In this document: in pieces, positions 36,443 through 46,142 of the stretch
How positions within the stretch are numbered: position 1 is the first letter of the stretch
Layout: each line of letters begins with the position of its first letter
DNA from: Alphaproteobacteria bacterium
GTDB taxonomy: Bacteria > Pseudomonadota > Alphaproteobacteria > UBA6615
Length of the DNA: 64,000 bases
Assembly: GCA_965222215.1 (NCBI GenBank)
Contig: OZ244931.1
Span: forward strand, 1,716,546 to 1,780,545
Direction of reading: 5' to 3'
Program-made: the position numbers and the translations under genes
Notes under the pieces: model-generated
What the model was told of the DNA's origin: nothing
Seen by the model: only the letters and a program-made list of their open reading frames with translations
Databases searched by the model: none

Positions 36443-36629
36443 GGGCCGCGGCAACGGCGGCCACGACTCCCGTCATTCCGGCGAAAGCAGGAATCCATTA
36501 TCGCCGGTGCCGGACCAGGCAGGTGACTGAGTCAATGGACCCCTGCTTTCGCAGGGGTGACGAGCGTGAGACAGGAGGAACCAAAGCTCTCTGTTCCGTC
36601 ATGCCCGGACCAGGTCCGCGTATGACAGA
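36443..36629. repeat. Intergenic palindromic repeat units (GTCGTCA / GGTGACGA-anchored hairpins), locus 3 (at least 4 units)
   Basis: GGCCGCggcaacgGCGGCCacgac; cgtcattCCGGCGAAAGCAGGAAtcc; CCCCTGCTTTCGCAGGGGtgacgagc; gtcatgCCCGGACCAGGTCCGcgtatgac. Confidence 0.6.
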
Positions 36630-36730
36630 TACCTGATGGCGCCCGAGTCATTGCGAGGCGCGAAGCGACGCGGCAATCCAGCATCTCTGCTCTGGATTGC
36701 TTCGCCTCCGGCTCGCAATGACGGACCGGA

Positions 36731-37054
36731 TTATTGCACCGTCGATTTCTTGGTCGGCACGATGCGCTGGACCTGGATCTTTTCCCGGTCGATCAGCTTG
36801 CCGACATGCGGCGCGATGTCGTTCTTCCACTCGTCGCTCTCGTAAACAGCCTTGTAGAGCCGCTCGCGCTCCTTCTCGGTGTTGAACCGGCGCATCCAGA
36901 TGTACACCGAGCTGTCGGTCTCGTGCTTGAACGAGCCGCAGATCACCATGCCCTTCGAGACCTGGAAGGGGATGACGGTGCCCTCCATGAACTTGAGCCA
37001 CTCGTCCATCTTGCCGCGGCGGATGTGGTACTGCCGCAATTCGTAAAACGCCAT
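36731..37054 (-). CDS. NIPSNAP-family protein
   Basis: Dimeric alpha/beta-barrel NIPSNAP signature (YELRQY...), 107 aa. Confidence 0.75.
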   Translation of the reverse strand: MAFYELRQYHIRRGKMDEWLKFMEGTVIPFQVSKGMVICGSFKHETDSSVYIWMRRFNTEKERERLYKAVYESDEWKNDIAPHVGKLIDREKIQVQRIVPTKKSTVQ

Positions 37055-37080
37055 TTTGTGTTCCCCTGGTGAGTTCTTGG

Positions 37081-38157
37081 TCAGTCGTCGTTCTCGTCGA
37101 CGCTCACGTCGTTTTCGCCGGAAGCCTTCAGCTTTCCGTAGTGGGTATAGGACCGCTTCATGTACCAGTCGAAATATTCCCAGTAGGACATGGGCTCTTC
37201 TTTCGGCGGGTTATCCGGCCCGACGCAGGTCGGGATGAAGTCCCCCGGTGTGTCGAAGCCCGGATTGACGAAGCAGGCGAACGAATAGCGATCGTTCTCG
37301 ACCGGCGGCACGACCCGGTGCGGCGTCGCGCGGTAGCGCCAGTTGGTCCAGCGCTCCAGGAAGTAGCCCATGTTCACCATGATGCCGCCCTCGGGCAGTT
37401 CCGGGAAAAACCAGGTGTCGTCGGTATCGAGGATCTGGATGCCTTCCTCGTTGGCGGGCGGCAGGAAGGTGTTGAACCCGGTATCGCAATGGGCGTTCGA
37501 GCCGAGTTCCCCGTCCTCGAGGTCGTTCTTCGGCGGGTACTTCGCGACGCGGAAGTAGGTGTAGCTCTCGCGGAAATACGGTTCGAAGAAATCGGCCGGC
37601 ATGTCGAGCGAGCGCGCCCAGACCGGCAGCAGCGATTTCCCGAGCTCGGTGATGCGCGCCATGTAGTTCTGCGCCGTCGCCTTGAAGCCGGGCACGATGT
37701 CCTCATCCAGCCACGGCGTCGGCCCGTAGAAGCGCTTGCCTTCCAGAACACCCGGATGGTCCTCTGGAAAGTCGGTGGCGAGCACCAGGCATTCGACGGT
37801 GTTGAGTTTCTTCGAGTTGTGGAACTTCGAATGGGTGGTCAGCCCCCCGCGCGCCGGGACGTAGCCCTTCTGGTCATGCGTGACCCGCACAGAGAGCTTC
37901 GTTTCCAACGGCAGGTCGTGGAACTGCTTCGCGGCGTCATGCATGCCCTGGATGAGTTCCGGTTCCAGCCCGTGGTTCACGATGCAGAGAAAACCGGTGC
38001 CTTCCCAGACATCGCGCCATTGTCCCGCGATTTCCTCGACGGCGGCCATATCTCCCTGCCGGGCCTTGCCGACATCGACGACGGGCAGGGCGCGGTGGGG
38101 CGCCGCACGCACGGCGCGGGCGAATTCGGATTCAGACGTGTCGTGAGCCAGTGACAT
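37081..38157 (-). CDS. 2-oxoglutarate/Fe(II)-dependent oxygenase (isopenicillin N synthase family)
   Basis: HxD...H facial triad context (HCDTG ... HRV) and RxS; 358 aa. Confidence 0.75.
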   Translation of the reverse strand: MSLAHDTSESEFARAVRAAPHRALPVVDVGKARQGDMAAVEEIAGQWRDVWEGTGFLCIVNHGLEPELIQGMHDAAKQFHDLPLETKLSVRVTHDQKGYVPARGGLTTHSKFHNSKKLNTVECLVLATDFPEDHPGVLEGKRFYGPTPWLDEDIVPGFKATAQNYMARITELGKSLLPVWARSLDMPADFFEPYFRESYTYFRVAKYPPKNDLEDGELGSNAHCDTGFNTFLPPANEEGIQILDTDDTWFFPELPEGGIMVNMGYFLERWTNWRYRATPHRVVPPVENDRYSFACFVNPGFDTPGDFIPTCVGPDNPPKEEPMSYWEYFDWYMKRSYTHYGKLKASGENDVSVDENDD

Positions 38158-38188
38158 CAGGACCTCCAGTTTCGAAGACTATAGCAGG

Positions 38189-38572
38189 TCAGCCGGATAC
38201 CGTCGGCGCGATGACAAGATACACGAAGCTCGTCACCAGCCCGATCAGGTAGAACGGCGCTAGCGCGCCGACAATGGTCGGGATCATGACCCGCAAGACC
38301 TGGTTTTTCGGTCGGGTCGGGTCCGTTTTCCGGAACGCGCACCGCAGCACCGGGTAGGTCATGAAGACCAGGAAGATCAGGCCGATGTTGGTAAGCAGGC
38401 CACGGAAGAATGCGGCGACGGGCGGCGGGTTGTCGGGCCAGATCAGGAAAATGATCCCGCCGGCGCCGAAGATCCAGAAACCGGCGGCGTAGGTGAGCAG
38501 CGCGACCCGGAACCCGCGGTCGCCGAGATAGACTTCCAGGAGAAAACGCCAGAAATCAGCAAGCGCGCGCAT
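38189..38572 (-). CDS. Hypothetical membrane protein (127 aa, 3-4 TM)
   Basis: Hydrophobicity pattern; no recognised domain. Confidence 0.45.
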   Translation of the reverse strand: MRALADFWRFLLEVYLGDRGFRVALLTYAAGFWIFGAGGIIFLIWPDNPPPVAAFFRGLLTNIGLIFLVFMTYPVLRCAFRKTDPTRPKNQVLRVMIPTIVGALAPFYLIGLVTSFVYLVIAPTVSG

Positions 38573-38756
38573 GTGTCAGGCCACGCCTGGAGAGGGAGAG
38601 AAGGTACACGACGCGCGGGTGAGAACACCGTCATTGCGTGCCCAGAGGGCGAAGCAATTCAGAGCGGACATGTCCCGGCACTGGGTTGCTTCGTCGCCTT
38701 CGGCTCCTCGCAAAGACGTGGAAAATCGGGGGTCGGGTCTCATGGTCTGCCGCCGT

Positions 38757-39539
38757 TCAATCCAGCTCGCACCAGACCGGTGTGTGGTCCGACGCCTTTT
38801 TCTTGCCGCGCGGGTCGCTGTCGATCTCGCAGGCGGTCAGGCGGTCCGTGGCCTGCGGCGACAGCAACAGGTGGTCGATCCGGATGCCGTTGTCTTTCTG
38901 CCAGGCGCCGCCCTGATAATCCCAGAACGAGTAGACATGGCTCTCGGTGTGCAGGCTGCGCCACGCCTCGGTGTAGCCGAGATTGAGGATGGTGCGGAAT
39001 TTTGCTCGGGTCTCAGGCAGGAACAACGCGTCGTCGGCCCATCCGGCCGGGTCGTGCACGTCCTCGTCGGCCGGGATCACGTTGTAGTCGCCGCCCAGCA
39101 CGACAGGTTCTTCGGTTTTCAACAGGTGCGCGGCGTGGTCGGCCAGATGGCCCATCCATCCCAGCTTGTAGTCGTATTTCTCGCCGGGGGCCGGGTTGCC
39201 GTTGGGCAGGTAGATCGACGCGACCCGCACGCCGCCATCACCGCCGGGATCGACCCATGCCTCGATATAGCGGGCCTGGTCGTCACCGTCGTTGCCGGGC
39301 AGGCCGCGCACCACGTCGTCGAGCGGGTATTTCGAAAGGATCGCGACGCCGTTGTAGCTCTTCTGCCCGTGAACGGCGCAGTTGTAGCCGCGCTCCTCTA
39401 TTTCCATCGCCGGAAAGCCGTCGTCGACGGTCTTGATCTCCTGCAACAGGACGACATCCGGCTGCGCGTCGTCGAGCCATTCGAGGACGTTGGGCAGGCG
39501 TGCCTTGATCGAGTTCACGTTCCAGGTGGCGATTTTCAT
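38757..39539 (-). CDS. xth: Exodeoxyribonuclease III
   Basis: MKIATWNVNSIKARL N-terminus, EEP-family catalytic motifs, 260 aa. Confidence 0.9.
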   Translation of the reverse strand: MKIATWNVNSIKARLPNVLEWLDDAQPDVVLLQEIKTVDDGFPAMEIEERGYNCAVHGQKSYNGVAILSKYPLDDVVRGLPGNDGDDQARYIEAWVDPGGDGGVRVASIYLPNGNPAPGEKYDYKLGWMGHLADHAAHLLKTEEPVVLGGDYNVIPADEDVHDPAGWADDALFLPETRAKFRTILNLGYTEAWRSLHTESHVYSFWDYQGGAWQKDNGIRIDHLLLSPQATDRLTACEIDSDPRGKKKASDHTPVWCELD

Positions 39540-39635
39540 GGGGGCTCTTATGCCTGAAAAAACAGCCGGGGTGAACGTTGGACAAACTGAATCCGGGGCT
39601 TGCCACCATCATGTTCGCAAGGCCACGATACGGCG

Positions 39636-40025
39636 ATGTCCGCCAGACCTGTCATCGAAGACGCTGTTGCGATCGTGCCGGTTCGCAATATCCCGGCCAC
39701 CGTGGATTTCTATGCTGACGTTCTGGGCTTCGAGCGGCGTTTCATGGCCGACGACAACAGTTTTGCGATCGTCGTGCACGGAGAGGCGGCCATTCACTTC
39801 GTCGCCACGGACAGTGACGAAGCCCTTCACGCGACTGCGAACAATATCTCGATTTACCTGTGGGTGCGGGAGATCGACGCGCTATACGAGAGCCTTCATC
39901 CGGCACTGGAGAAGCTGCCCGACGGGCGCGTGCGCGCGCCGTTCGACCAGCCTTACGGCATGCGTGAATTCCACGTGAAGGACCCGGACGGGTGCCTGCT
40001 TCTATTCGGGGAAGATTCGGGCTAG
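39636..40025 (+). CDS. VOC-family (glyoxalase/bleomycin-resistance) protein
   Basis: VOC bab-bb module (IVPVRNIPATVDFYADVLGFE); start ATG 39636. Confidence 0.65.
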   Translation: MSARPVIEDAVAIVPVRNIPATVDFYADVLGFERRFMADDNSFAIVVHGEAAIHFVATDSDEALHATANNISIYLWVREIDALYESLHPALEKLPDGRVRAPFDQPYGMREFHVKDPDGCLLLFGEDSG

Positions 40026-40405
40026 TAGACCGAGAAGGACGACCCGCAGCCACAGGATGACGTGGCGTTCGGGTTTTCCAGTGTGAAGTGGCTGCCGCCG
40101 AGGGATTCGACGTAATTCAGCACGCTGCCGTTGATGAACTCCAGCGACGCCTCGTCGACCACGACCTTCACGCCGTCTGTCTCGAAGGTCCGGTCGTCCT
40201 CATTCGCCTTGTCGTCGAAATCGAAGGCGTAGGTGAAGCCCGAGCAGCCGCCGCCGTTCACGGTAATGCGCAGCATCTGGCTGCTGTCGCCCTCTGCGGC
40301 AATCAGGCCGGACAGTTTCTCGACCGCGCTTTCGCTCAGGCCGACGCCAGTATGCGCGGCGGATTGCGAACCGGAGTCGCCGGAGATGGTCGTTGCGTCA
40401 CTCAT
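40022..40405 (-). CDS. erpA: Iron-sulfur cluster insertion protein (HesB/IscA/ErpA family)
   Basis: A-type carrier motif: Cys in GGGCSGF plus C-terminal SSCGCGSSF. Confidence 0.85.
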   Translation of the reverse strand: MSDATTISGDSGSQSAAHTGVGLSESAVEKLSGLIAAEGDSSQMLRITVNGGGCSGFTYAFDFDDKANEDDRTFETDGVKVVVDEASLEFINGSVLNYVESLGGSHFTLENPNATSSCGCGSSFSVY

Positions 40406-40504
40406 CGATGCCTCGATCCTTCAATACCCTCAGGTATTTAGTCATAGCCGGGCAATTGTCAAATTTACGTTGCATTCGGGCGGCGTGCACGTACTTTGCG
40501 CCCA

Positions 40505-41728
40505 ATGTCCGCATCCCCCGCAGAACTCAAGCTCACCCCGGCCGGGCCGGAGTACGGTCCGGTGCTGGCGTCCTATGCCTGCGACCCGCTGGCGACGCGC
40601 GGGCGCTTTCACGAAGAGCCGGAAAGCGGCTACCGGAGCTGTTACCAGCGTGATCGCGACCGGATCATTCATTCCAGCGCCTTCCGGCGCCTGAAACACA
40701 AGACCCAGGTCTTCGTGTATCACGAGGGTGACTACTACCGCACGCGGCTCACCCATTCTCTGGAAGTGGCGCAGATCGCCCGCACGGTAGCTCGCGCATT
40801 GGGATTGAACGAAGACCTTGCCGAGGCCCTGGCGCTCGCCCACGATTTCGGTCACACGCCCTTCGGTCACGCCGGGGAGGACGCGCTGGATGCGGCGATG
40901 GCGCCGTTCGGCGGGTTCGACCACAATGCCCAGACCCTGCGCATCCTGACCAAGCTCGAGGAGCGCTATCCCACCTTCGATGGCCTGAATTTAACGTGGG
41001 AGACCCTTGAGGGCGTGGTGAAGCATAACGGCCCGCTCACCGGGCACCATGCGATCTCGGACCGCGCGCTTCCCGCCGCCATAGCGGAATACGCGGCCGA
41101 TCACGATCTTGAACTCGACACCTATGCGTCGGCGGAAGCCCAGGTGGCCGCGCTGTCGGACGATATCGCCTACAACAGTCACGATATCGACGACGGCCTG
41201 CGTGCGGGGCTGTTCGATCTGGAAGACCTCAAGGCCTTGCCGCTGGTGGGGCCCGCTTTCGAGCGGGTCGAGAAGGAATATGGCGTCCTCGACAGGCCAC
41301 GATTTATTCATGCGGGGATCAGCCAGATCATCGGGGCGATGGTGGCCGATGTGCTCGCCGAGACCCGGCGGCGACTCGCCGAAGCCGATGTCGGTTCCCC
41401 CGAAGCGGTTCGCGCGCTCGATCACGCGGTGGTCGGGTTCTCCGAACAGGTCGGGGAGGCGGACCGCGCCGTGAAGGGGTTTCTGTACGAGAATATGTAC
41501 CGACATCACCGCGTGAACCGGATGACGTCCAAGGCGCGCCGCGTGGTGTCGGAAATGTTCGATTTGCTGTTCCACGAGCCCGAGTTGCTGCCGACGGCGT
41601 GGCGGGCGCGGGCGCAGGAAAAAGATGAACACGGGCGTGCAAGGGTCATCGCTGACTATATCGCCGGCATGACCGATCGCTACGCCCTTGAGTTGCACCG
41701 GAAGCTGTTTGACCCGGAAGTTCTTTGA
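40505..41728 (+). CDS. dgt: Deoxyguanosinetriphosphate triphosphohydrolase-like protein (HD domain)
   Basis: HD motif (THSLEV...[10 protein letters not shown]), about 400 aa, conserved erpA-dgt-argS synteny. Confidence 0.85.
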   Translation: MSASPAELKLTPAGPEYGPVLASYACDPLATRGRFHEEPESGYRSCYQRDRDRIIHSSAFRRLKHKTQVFVYHEGDYYRTRLTHSLEVAQIARTVARALGLNEDLAEALALAHDFGHTPFGHAGEDALDAAMAPFGGFDHNAQTLRILTKLEERYPTFDGLNLTWETLEGVVKHNGPLTGHHAISDRALPAAIAEYAADHDLELDTYASAEAQVAALSDDIAYNSHDIDDGLRAGLFDLEDLKALPLVGPAFERVEKEYGVLDRPRFIHAGISQIIGAMVADVLAETRRRLAEADVGSPEAVRALDHAVVGFSEQVGEADRAVKGFLYENMYRHHRVNRMTSKARRVVSEMFDLLFHEPELLPTAWRARAQEKDEHGRARVIADYIAGMTDRYALELHRKLFDPEVL

Positions 41729-43485
41729 TGAATGTTTTCAGTGCCTTCAAGGCAAATATTGAAAGAGAAATCGAAATTCTGAGCGCTGACGGCGATCTTC
41801 CGGAGGGCCTGGACTCGTCACGCCTTTCGGTCGAGTTGCCGCGAGACCCGGAACATGGCGATCTTTCGACGAATGCCGCGATGGTTCTCGCAAAGCCCGC
41901 CGGAATGAAACCGCGCGACCTGGCCGAAAAGATTGCAGTGCGGCTGGAAGCCTATGATTCCGTTAAAAACGTGGATGTCGCGGGACCGGGCTTTATCAAT
42001 CTGCGCCTTTCGGACGCCTTCTGGCGCCAGCGGCTCGTCGAGGTTCTGGAAGCGGGGACTGATTACGGGACCGGCGAAGTCGGCCAGAACCGCGCCGTCA
42101 ACGTCGAGTATGTCTCCGCGAACCCCACGGGGCCCCTCCATGTGGGGCACGCGCGCGGTGCTGTTGTGGGGGACGTGCTGGCTTCGCTGCTGGACAAGGC
42201 GGGGTTCGCCGTCACCCGGGAGTACTACATCAACGATGCCGGCGCGCAGGTCGATGTGCTCGCGCGCTCGGCCCATCTGCGCTACCGCGAGGCGCTGGGC
42301 GAGGATATCGGCGACATACCCGAAGGCCTGTATCCCGGCGACTACCTGAAGCCGGTGGGCGAGGCGCTTGCCACACGAGACGGCGAGAAATGGCGCGATG
42401 CCGACGAGGCCGAATGGCTGCCTGTCGTCCGCGAATTCTCGGTTGCCGCGATGCTGGACCTGATCCGCGACGATCTTGCGGCGCTGGGGATCAGCCACGA
42501 CGTGTTCTCGTCGGAACGCGAACTGGTGGAGGCGGGCGCGGTCGACACGGTCGTCGAAACTCTGGAGAGCGACGAACTGATCTATGTCGGCACGCTGGAG
42601 CCGCCCAAGGGCAAACTGCCCGACGATTGGGAGGAACGCCCGCAGACTCTGTTCAAGGCGTCGGCGTTCGGCGACGACACCGACCGCCCGCTGAAGAAAT
42701 CCGACGGTTCATGGACATATTTCGCCAGCGATCTCGCGTATCACCAGGACAAGTACCGGCGTGGATTTCCGCTGATGATCGACGTCTGGGGCGCGGATCA
42801 TGGCGGCTACGTGAAGCGCGTTGGCGCAGGCATCAAGGCGTTGACCGGCGACGAGGGCGAACTCGACGTCAAACTGTGCCAGATGGTACGGCTGCTGGAG
42901 GACGGCGAGCCCGCCAAGATGTCCAAACGGTCGGGGACGTTCGTTACCCTGCGCGACCTCGTTGACGCGGTCGGCAAGGACGTGGTGCGGTTCATCATGC
43001 TGACCCGCAAGAACGATGCGCCGCTCGACTTCGACCTCGTGAAAGTGCGCGAGCAGAGCCGCGACAACCCGGTTTTCTATGTGCAGTACGCCCACGCCCG
43101 CTGTCATTCGGTCGCGCGAATGGCGGCTGAAGCCTTTCCCGGTACGGATTTCGCCACGCAGGCGCTTATGCAAGCCGAACTGGATCGTTTGACCGACTCG
43201 GATGAGCTTGCGTTGATCAGGTCGCTTGCCGCCTGGCCCCGCACCGTCGAAGGGGCTGCGGAGGCGCACGAGCCACACAGGCTGGCGTTCTACCTCTACG
43301 ACCTTGCCGCAGCGTTTCATTCGTTGTGGAGCAAGGCGAGGGAAGAACCGGGCCTCCGGTTCGTCGTATCCGGCGATGCGGAGTTGACGCGGGCACGCAT
43401 GGCCCTGGTTCGGGCGGTGCAACTGGTGATTGCCTCCGGGCTCGACGTTATGGGCGTGACCCCGGTCGAAGAGTTGCGGGAATGA
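41725..43485 (+). CDS. argS: Arginine--tRNA ligase
   Basis: HIGH-like ([12 protein letters not shown]), class I core, DALR anticodon-binding C-terminus; 586 aa. Confidence 0.95.
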   Translation: MMNVFSAFKANIEREIEILSADGDLPEGLDSSRLSVELPRDPEHGDLSTNAAMVLAKPAGMKPRDLAEKIAVRLEAYDSVKNVDVAGPGFINLRLSDAFWRQRLVEVLEAGTDYGTGEVGQNRAVNVEYVSANPTGPLHVGHARGAVVGDVLASLLDKAGFAVTREYYINDAGAQVDVLARSAHLRYREALGEDIGDIPEGLYPGDYLKPVGEALATRDGEKWRDADEAEWLPVVREFSVAAMLDLIRDDLAALGISHDVFSSERELVEAGAVDTVVETLESDELIYVGTLEPPKGKLPDDWEERPQTLFKASAFGDDTDRPLKKSDGSWTYFASDLAYHQDKYRRGFPLMIDVWGADHGGYVKRVGAGIKALTGDEGELDVKLCQMVRLLEDGEPAKMSKRSGTFVTLRDLVDAVGKDVVRFIMLTRKNDAPLDFDLVKVREQSRDNPVFYVQYAHARCHSVARMAAEAFPGTDFATQALMQAELDRLTDSDELALIRSLAAWPRTVEGAAEAHEPHRLAFYLYDLAAAFHSLWSKAREEPGLRFVVSGDAELTRARMALVRAVQLVIASGLDVMGVTPVEELRE

Positions 43486-43494
43486 GGCGCGAAC

Positions 43495-44403
43495 ATGAGC
43501 AATCAGGAGATTATCGGGCCGGACGACCCGTTCGATGATCAACCCTTCGAGGAACCGCCTGCCGGCATGAGCGGACGCGCGAAGCTATTCGCGGGCACCG
43601 CGATAGCTGTCGGGGTTGTCGCGCTTGTGGCTGTCGGCTGGTTTGCCTTTCAGGAGGGCCAGCGTTCGGGCGCGGAAGGTGCGGCGCCGGTCGTGCGCGC
43701 CGACGACGAACCGTTCAAGCGGAAGCCCGAAAACCCGGGCGGTCTCGAGGTCCCGCATCAGGACAAGCTTGTCTTTAACCGGCTCGCACCGGGGCAGGTC
43801 CAGGAACCAGTCGAACGGCTTCTGCCGCCACCCGAGGAACCCGCTGCGCGGCCGGAGCCACCCGCACCGACGGAGCCGGCAGCACCCGCACCGGAAACAA
43901 CGGCCAGCGAGACGGCCGCCGCACCGGAACCGGAAATGCCCGCGCCTGACGCCGCCCCGGTCGCACCGGTCGAAGCAGCACCTCCGCCGCCACCTCCGCC
44001 GACGCCGCCAACCGAGCAGGTGGCCGCCGCCCCGCCACCACCGCCGGCACCACCGGCATCTGAGCCGACAGAGACCGCTGTTCCGGAAACACCCGCGGTG
44101 CCGCCGGCGGCAAAGCCGGAACCGGCACCTGCCGCCGCACCGCAGCCTGTCCCGGGCGGAAAGTGGAAAGTCCAGATGGCAGCCGTATCGAGCCGCGCGG
44201 CGGCCGATACCGAGTGGAAGCGGTTGCAGACGAAACACAATGATCTCCTGGGGCCGCTAAGTCTGAATGTTCAGACAGTGACCCTCCAGAAGGGCACATT
44301 TCACAGAATCCAGGCTGGTCCGCTGGCGGACCGTGCGGCGGCGACCGGTCTTTGCGGGCAGCTGAAGTCCCGTAACCAGGCGTGTCTGGTCGTCGCGCCC
44401 TGA
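43495..44403 (+). CDS. SPOR-domain protein with TM anchor and Pro/Ala-rich linker
   Basis: N-terminal TM, long PAPE-rich low-complexity region, C-terminal SPOR domain (KWKVQMAAVSSRAAADTEWKRL...). Confidence 0.8.
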   Translation: MSNQEIIGPDDPFDDQPFEEPPAGMSGRAKLFAGTAIAVGVVALVAVGWFAFQEGQRSGAEGAAPVVRADDEPFKRKPENPGGLEVPHQDKLVFNRLAPGQVQEPVERLLPPPEEPAARPEPPAPTEPAAPAPETTASETAAAPEPEMPAPDAAPVAPVEAAPPPPPPPTPPTEQVAAAPPPPPAPPASEPTETAVPETPAVPPAAKPEPAPAAAPQPVPGGKWKVQMAAVSSRAAADTEWKRLQTKHNDLLGPLSLNVQTVTLQKGTFHRIQAGPLADRAAATGLCGQLKSRNQACLVVAP

Positions 44404-44436
44404 TATGATTCCTCGGTCGGTTTCGGTATTCGCGCG

Positions 44437-45462
44437 ATGAGCGCACCGCGCGCTGTCGTCTTTGGTATTTCTGGCACGGACCTAACCGCTGACGAACGGA
44501 CGTTTTTGCGCGCGGCCGATCCGCTGGGTTTTATTCTGTTTGCGCGCAATTGCGACAATCCCGAACAGGTTCGCGCCCTGACGAATGCGCTGCGCGATGC
44601 GGTGGGCAGAGATGACGCGCCCGTCCTGATAGATCAGGAGGGTGGAACGGTGATGCGTCTGCGGCCGCCACACTGGTACCCGGCGCCGGAAGCCGAACGC
44701 CTGGGGACCCTCTATTTGCGTCAGCCGGATCGTGCACGAGCCGCCGCACGAGCTGTGGGGGCTCTGTTTGGCGCGGAACTTCGCGATGTCGGGGTCGACG
44801 TGGACTGCGCGCCCGTCGCGGATCTCGGGTTACCCGAGACGACCGGGGCCATAGGGTCACGCGCATATTCGGACAAGCCGGACGTGATCGCCGACCTGGC
44901 GAAATGCATGGCGTCAGGCTTGACGGATGAGGGTTGTTTGCCGGTTCTCAAGCACTTGCCGGGGCACGGCCGGGCCCACGTCGACAGTCACCGCGCACTG
45001 CCCAGGGTCGATGCGCCGCTGGACGTGCTTCGCGCGAGCGATTTTGCGGCGTTCCGGCGCCTGAACGAGTTGCCTTTGGGAATGGTAGCCCATGTCGTAT
45101 TCGAGGCCGTCGATCCGGATCGTGCATCGAGTGTGTCGCCGACGGTTGTCTCTGACCTGGTCCGCGGAGAAATTGGCTTTCACGGCTTTCTCTTCAGCGA
45201 CGATATCGTGATGTCGGCGTTGACCGGCAGTCACGGCGAACGGGCGGAAGCCGTTTTGGCTGCGGGATGCGACGCCGCGCTCCACTGCACCGGCGATATG
45301 GCGGATATGGAACAGGTGGCGTCCGTCGTGCCGGAGCTCTCACAAGGGGCTCAGAACCGCTGGACGAAGGCCGTGGAAGCGCGCAAGACCGCACTGGGGC
45401 GCGAGGCGATGGCATATGCCGACGATCTGGAGCGCCTGCTCGGCGGCGAGGCGACCCGATGA
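44437..45462 (+). CDS. nagZ: Beta-N-acetylhexosaminidase (GH3)
   Basis: GH3 motifs (KHLPGHG, DDIVMSAL), 341 aa. Confidence 0.85.
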   Translation: MSAPRAVVFGISGTDLTADERTFLRAADPLGFILFARNCDNPEQVRALTNALRDAVGRDDAPVLIDQEGGTVMRLRPPHWYPAPEAERLGTLYLRQPDRARAAARAVGALFGAELRDVGVDVDCAPVADLGLPETTGAIGSRAYSDKPDVIADLAKCMASGLTDEGCLPVLKHLPGHGRAHVDSHRALPRVDAPLDVLRASDFAAFRRLNELPLGMVAHVVFEAVDPDRASSVSPTVVSDLVRGEIGFHGFLFSDDIVMSALTGSHGERAEAVLAAGCDAALHCTGDMADMEQVASVVPELSQGAQNRWTKAVEARKTALGREAMAYADDLERLLGGEATR

Positions 45463-46142
45463 ACCTGGACGATATTCTCTATCTCGCGTCGATCTGGGTG
45501 CTGCCGGTTCTTCTGGCGATCACGCTTCACGAGGCGGCGCATGGCTGGGCCGCGTGGAAGCTCGGAGACGATACTGCCAAACAGCAGGGGCGGGTGACAT
45601 TCAATCCGATCGCCCATATCGACCCCTTCGGCACGGTGGTTCTGCCGGCGATGTTGATTGCGGCGGGCGGGTTTCTTTTTGGCTGGGCGAAGCCGGTTCC
45701 GGTGAATTTCGCGCGACTCGGAAGGCCACGGCGCGACATGGTGCTCGTCGCGGCGGCCGGACCCGGCATCAATATCGGCCTGGCGATCGTATCTGCCATC
45801 GGTCTTCATTTTGTCGATCTGAGAGGCGGCGATGTCGATGAATGGGTTGCCAGAAACCTCTTAAACTCTATAAATATCAACTTGTTATTGGCCATTTTTA
45901 ACATGATGCCGCTGCCGCCGCTGGATGGTGGGCGCATTGCCGTCGGGGTCCTGCCGTATCGGCTGGCCGCGCCGCTCGCCCGCCTGGAGCGTTCGGGTTT
46001 GTTTATTCTGATCGGGCTGATCTTTATCCTGCCGTTACTGGGACGCCAGTTCGGGTTGGACCTGAATATCTTCCGCTGGCTGGTAGGTATCCCCTTGGAA
46101 TTCTTGCGTGGCGTTCTGTTGAGCGCCGTGGGCCTGATATGA
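45459..46142 (+). CDS. Site-2 protease family (M50) zinc metalloprotease, membrane
   Basis: HEAAHG HExxH motif in TM helix, LPPLDGG motif; ATGA overlap with nagZ stop. Confidence 0.8.
   Translation: MNLDDILYLASIWVLPVLLAITLHEAAHGWAAWKLGDDTAKQQGRVTFNPIAHIDPFGTVVLPAMLIAAGGFLFGWAKPVPVNFARLGRPRRDMVLVAAAGPGINIGLAIVSAIGLHFVDLRGGDVDEWVARNLLNSININLLLAIFNMMPLPPLDGGRIAVGVLPYRLAAPLARLERSGLFILIGLIFILPLLGRQFGLDLNIFRWLVGIPLEFLRGVLLSAVGLI

Noticed and set aside
37069-38154. 361-aa plus-strand ORF antisense to the 2OG oxygenase
   Set aside because: Antisense artefact. Oxygenase motifs are only on the minus strand.
43840-44150. Highly repetitive Pro/Ala-rich coding stretch in the SPOR protein, and the (EP)n array in DUF2497, considered as possible CRISPR-like or non-coding repeats
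   Set aside because: Repeats are in-frame within well-supported ORFs, with 6-18 bp units and no spacer-repeat architecture. No cas genes anywhere in the window.
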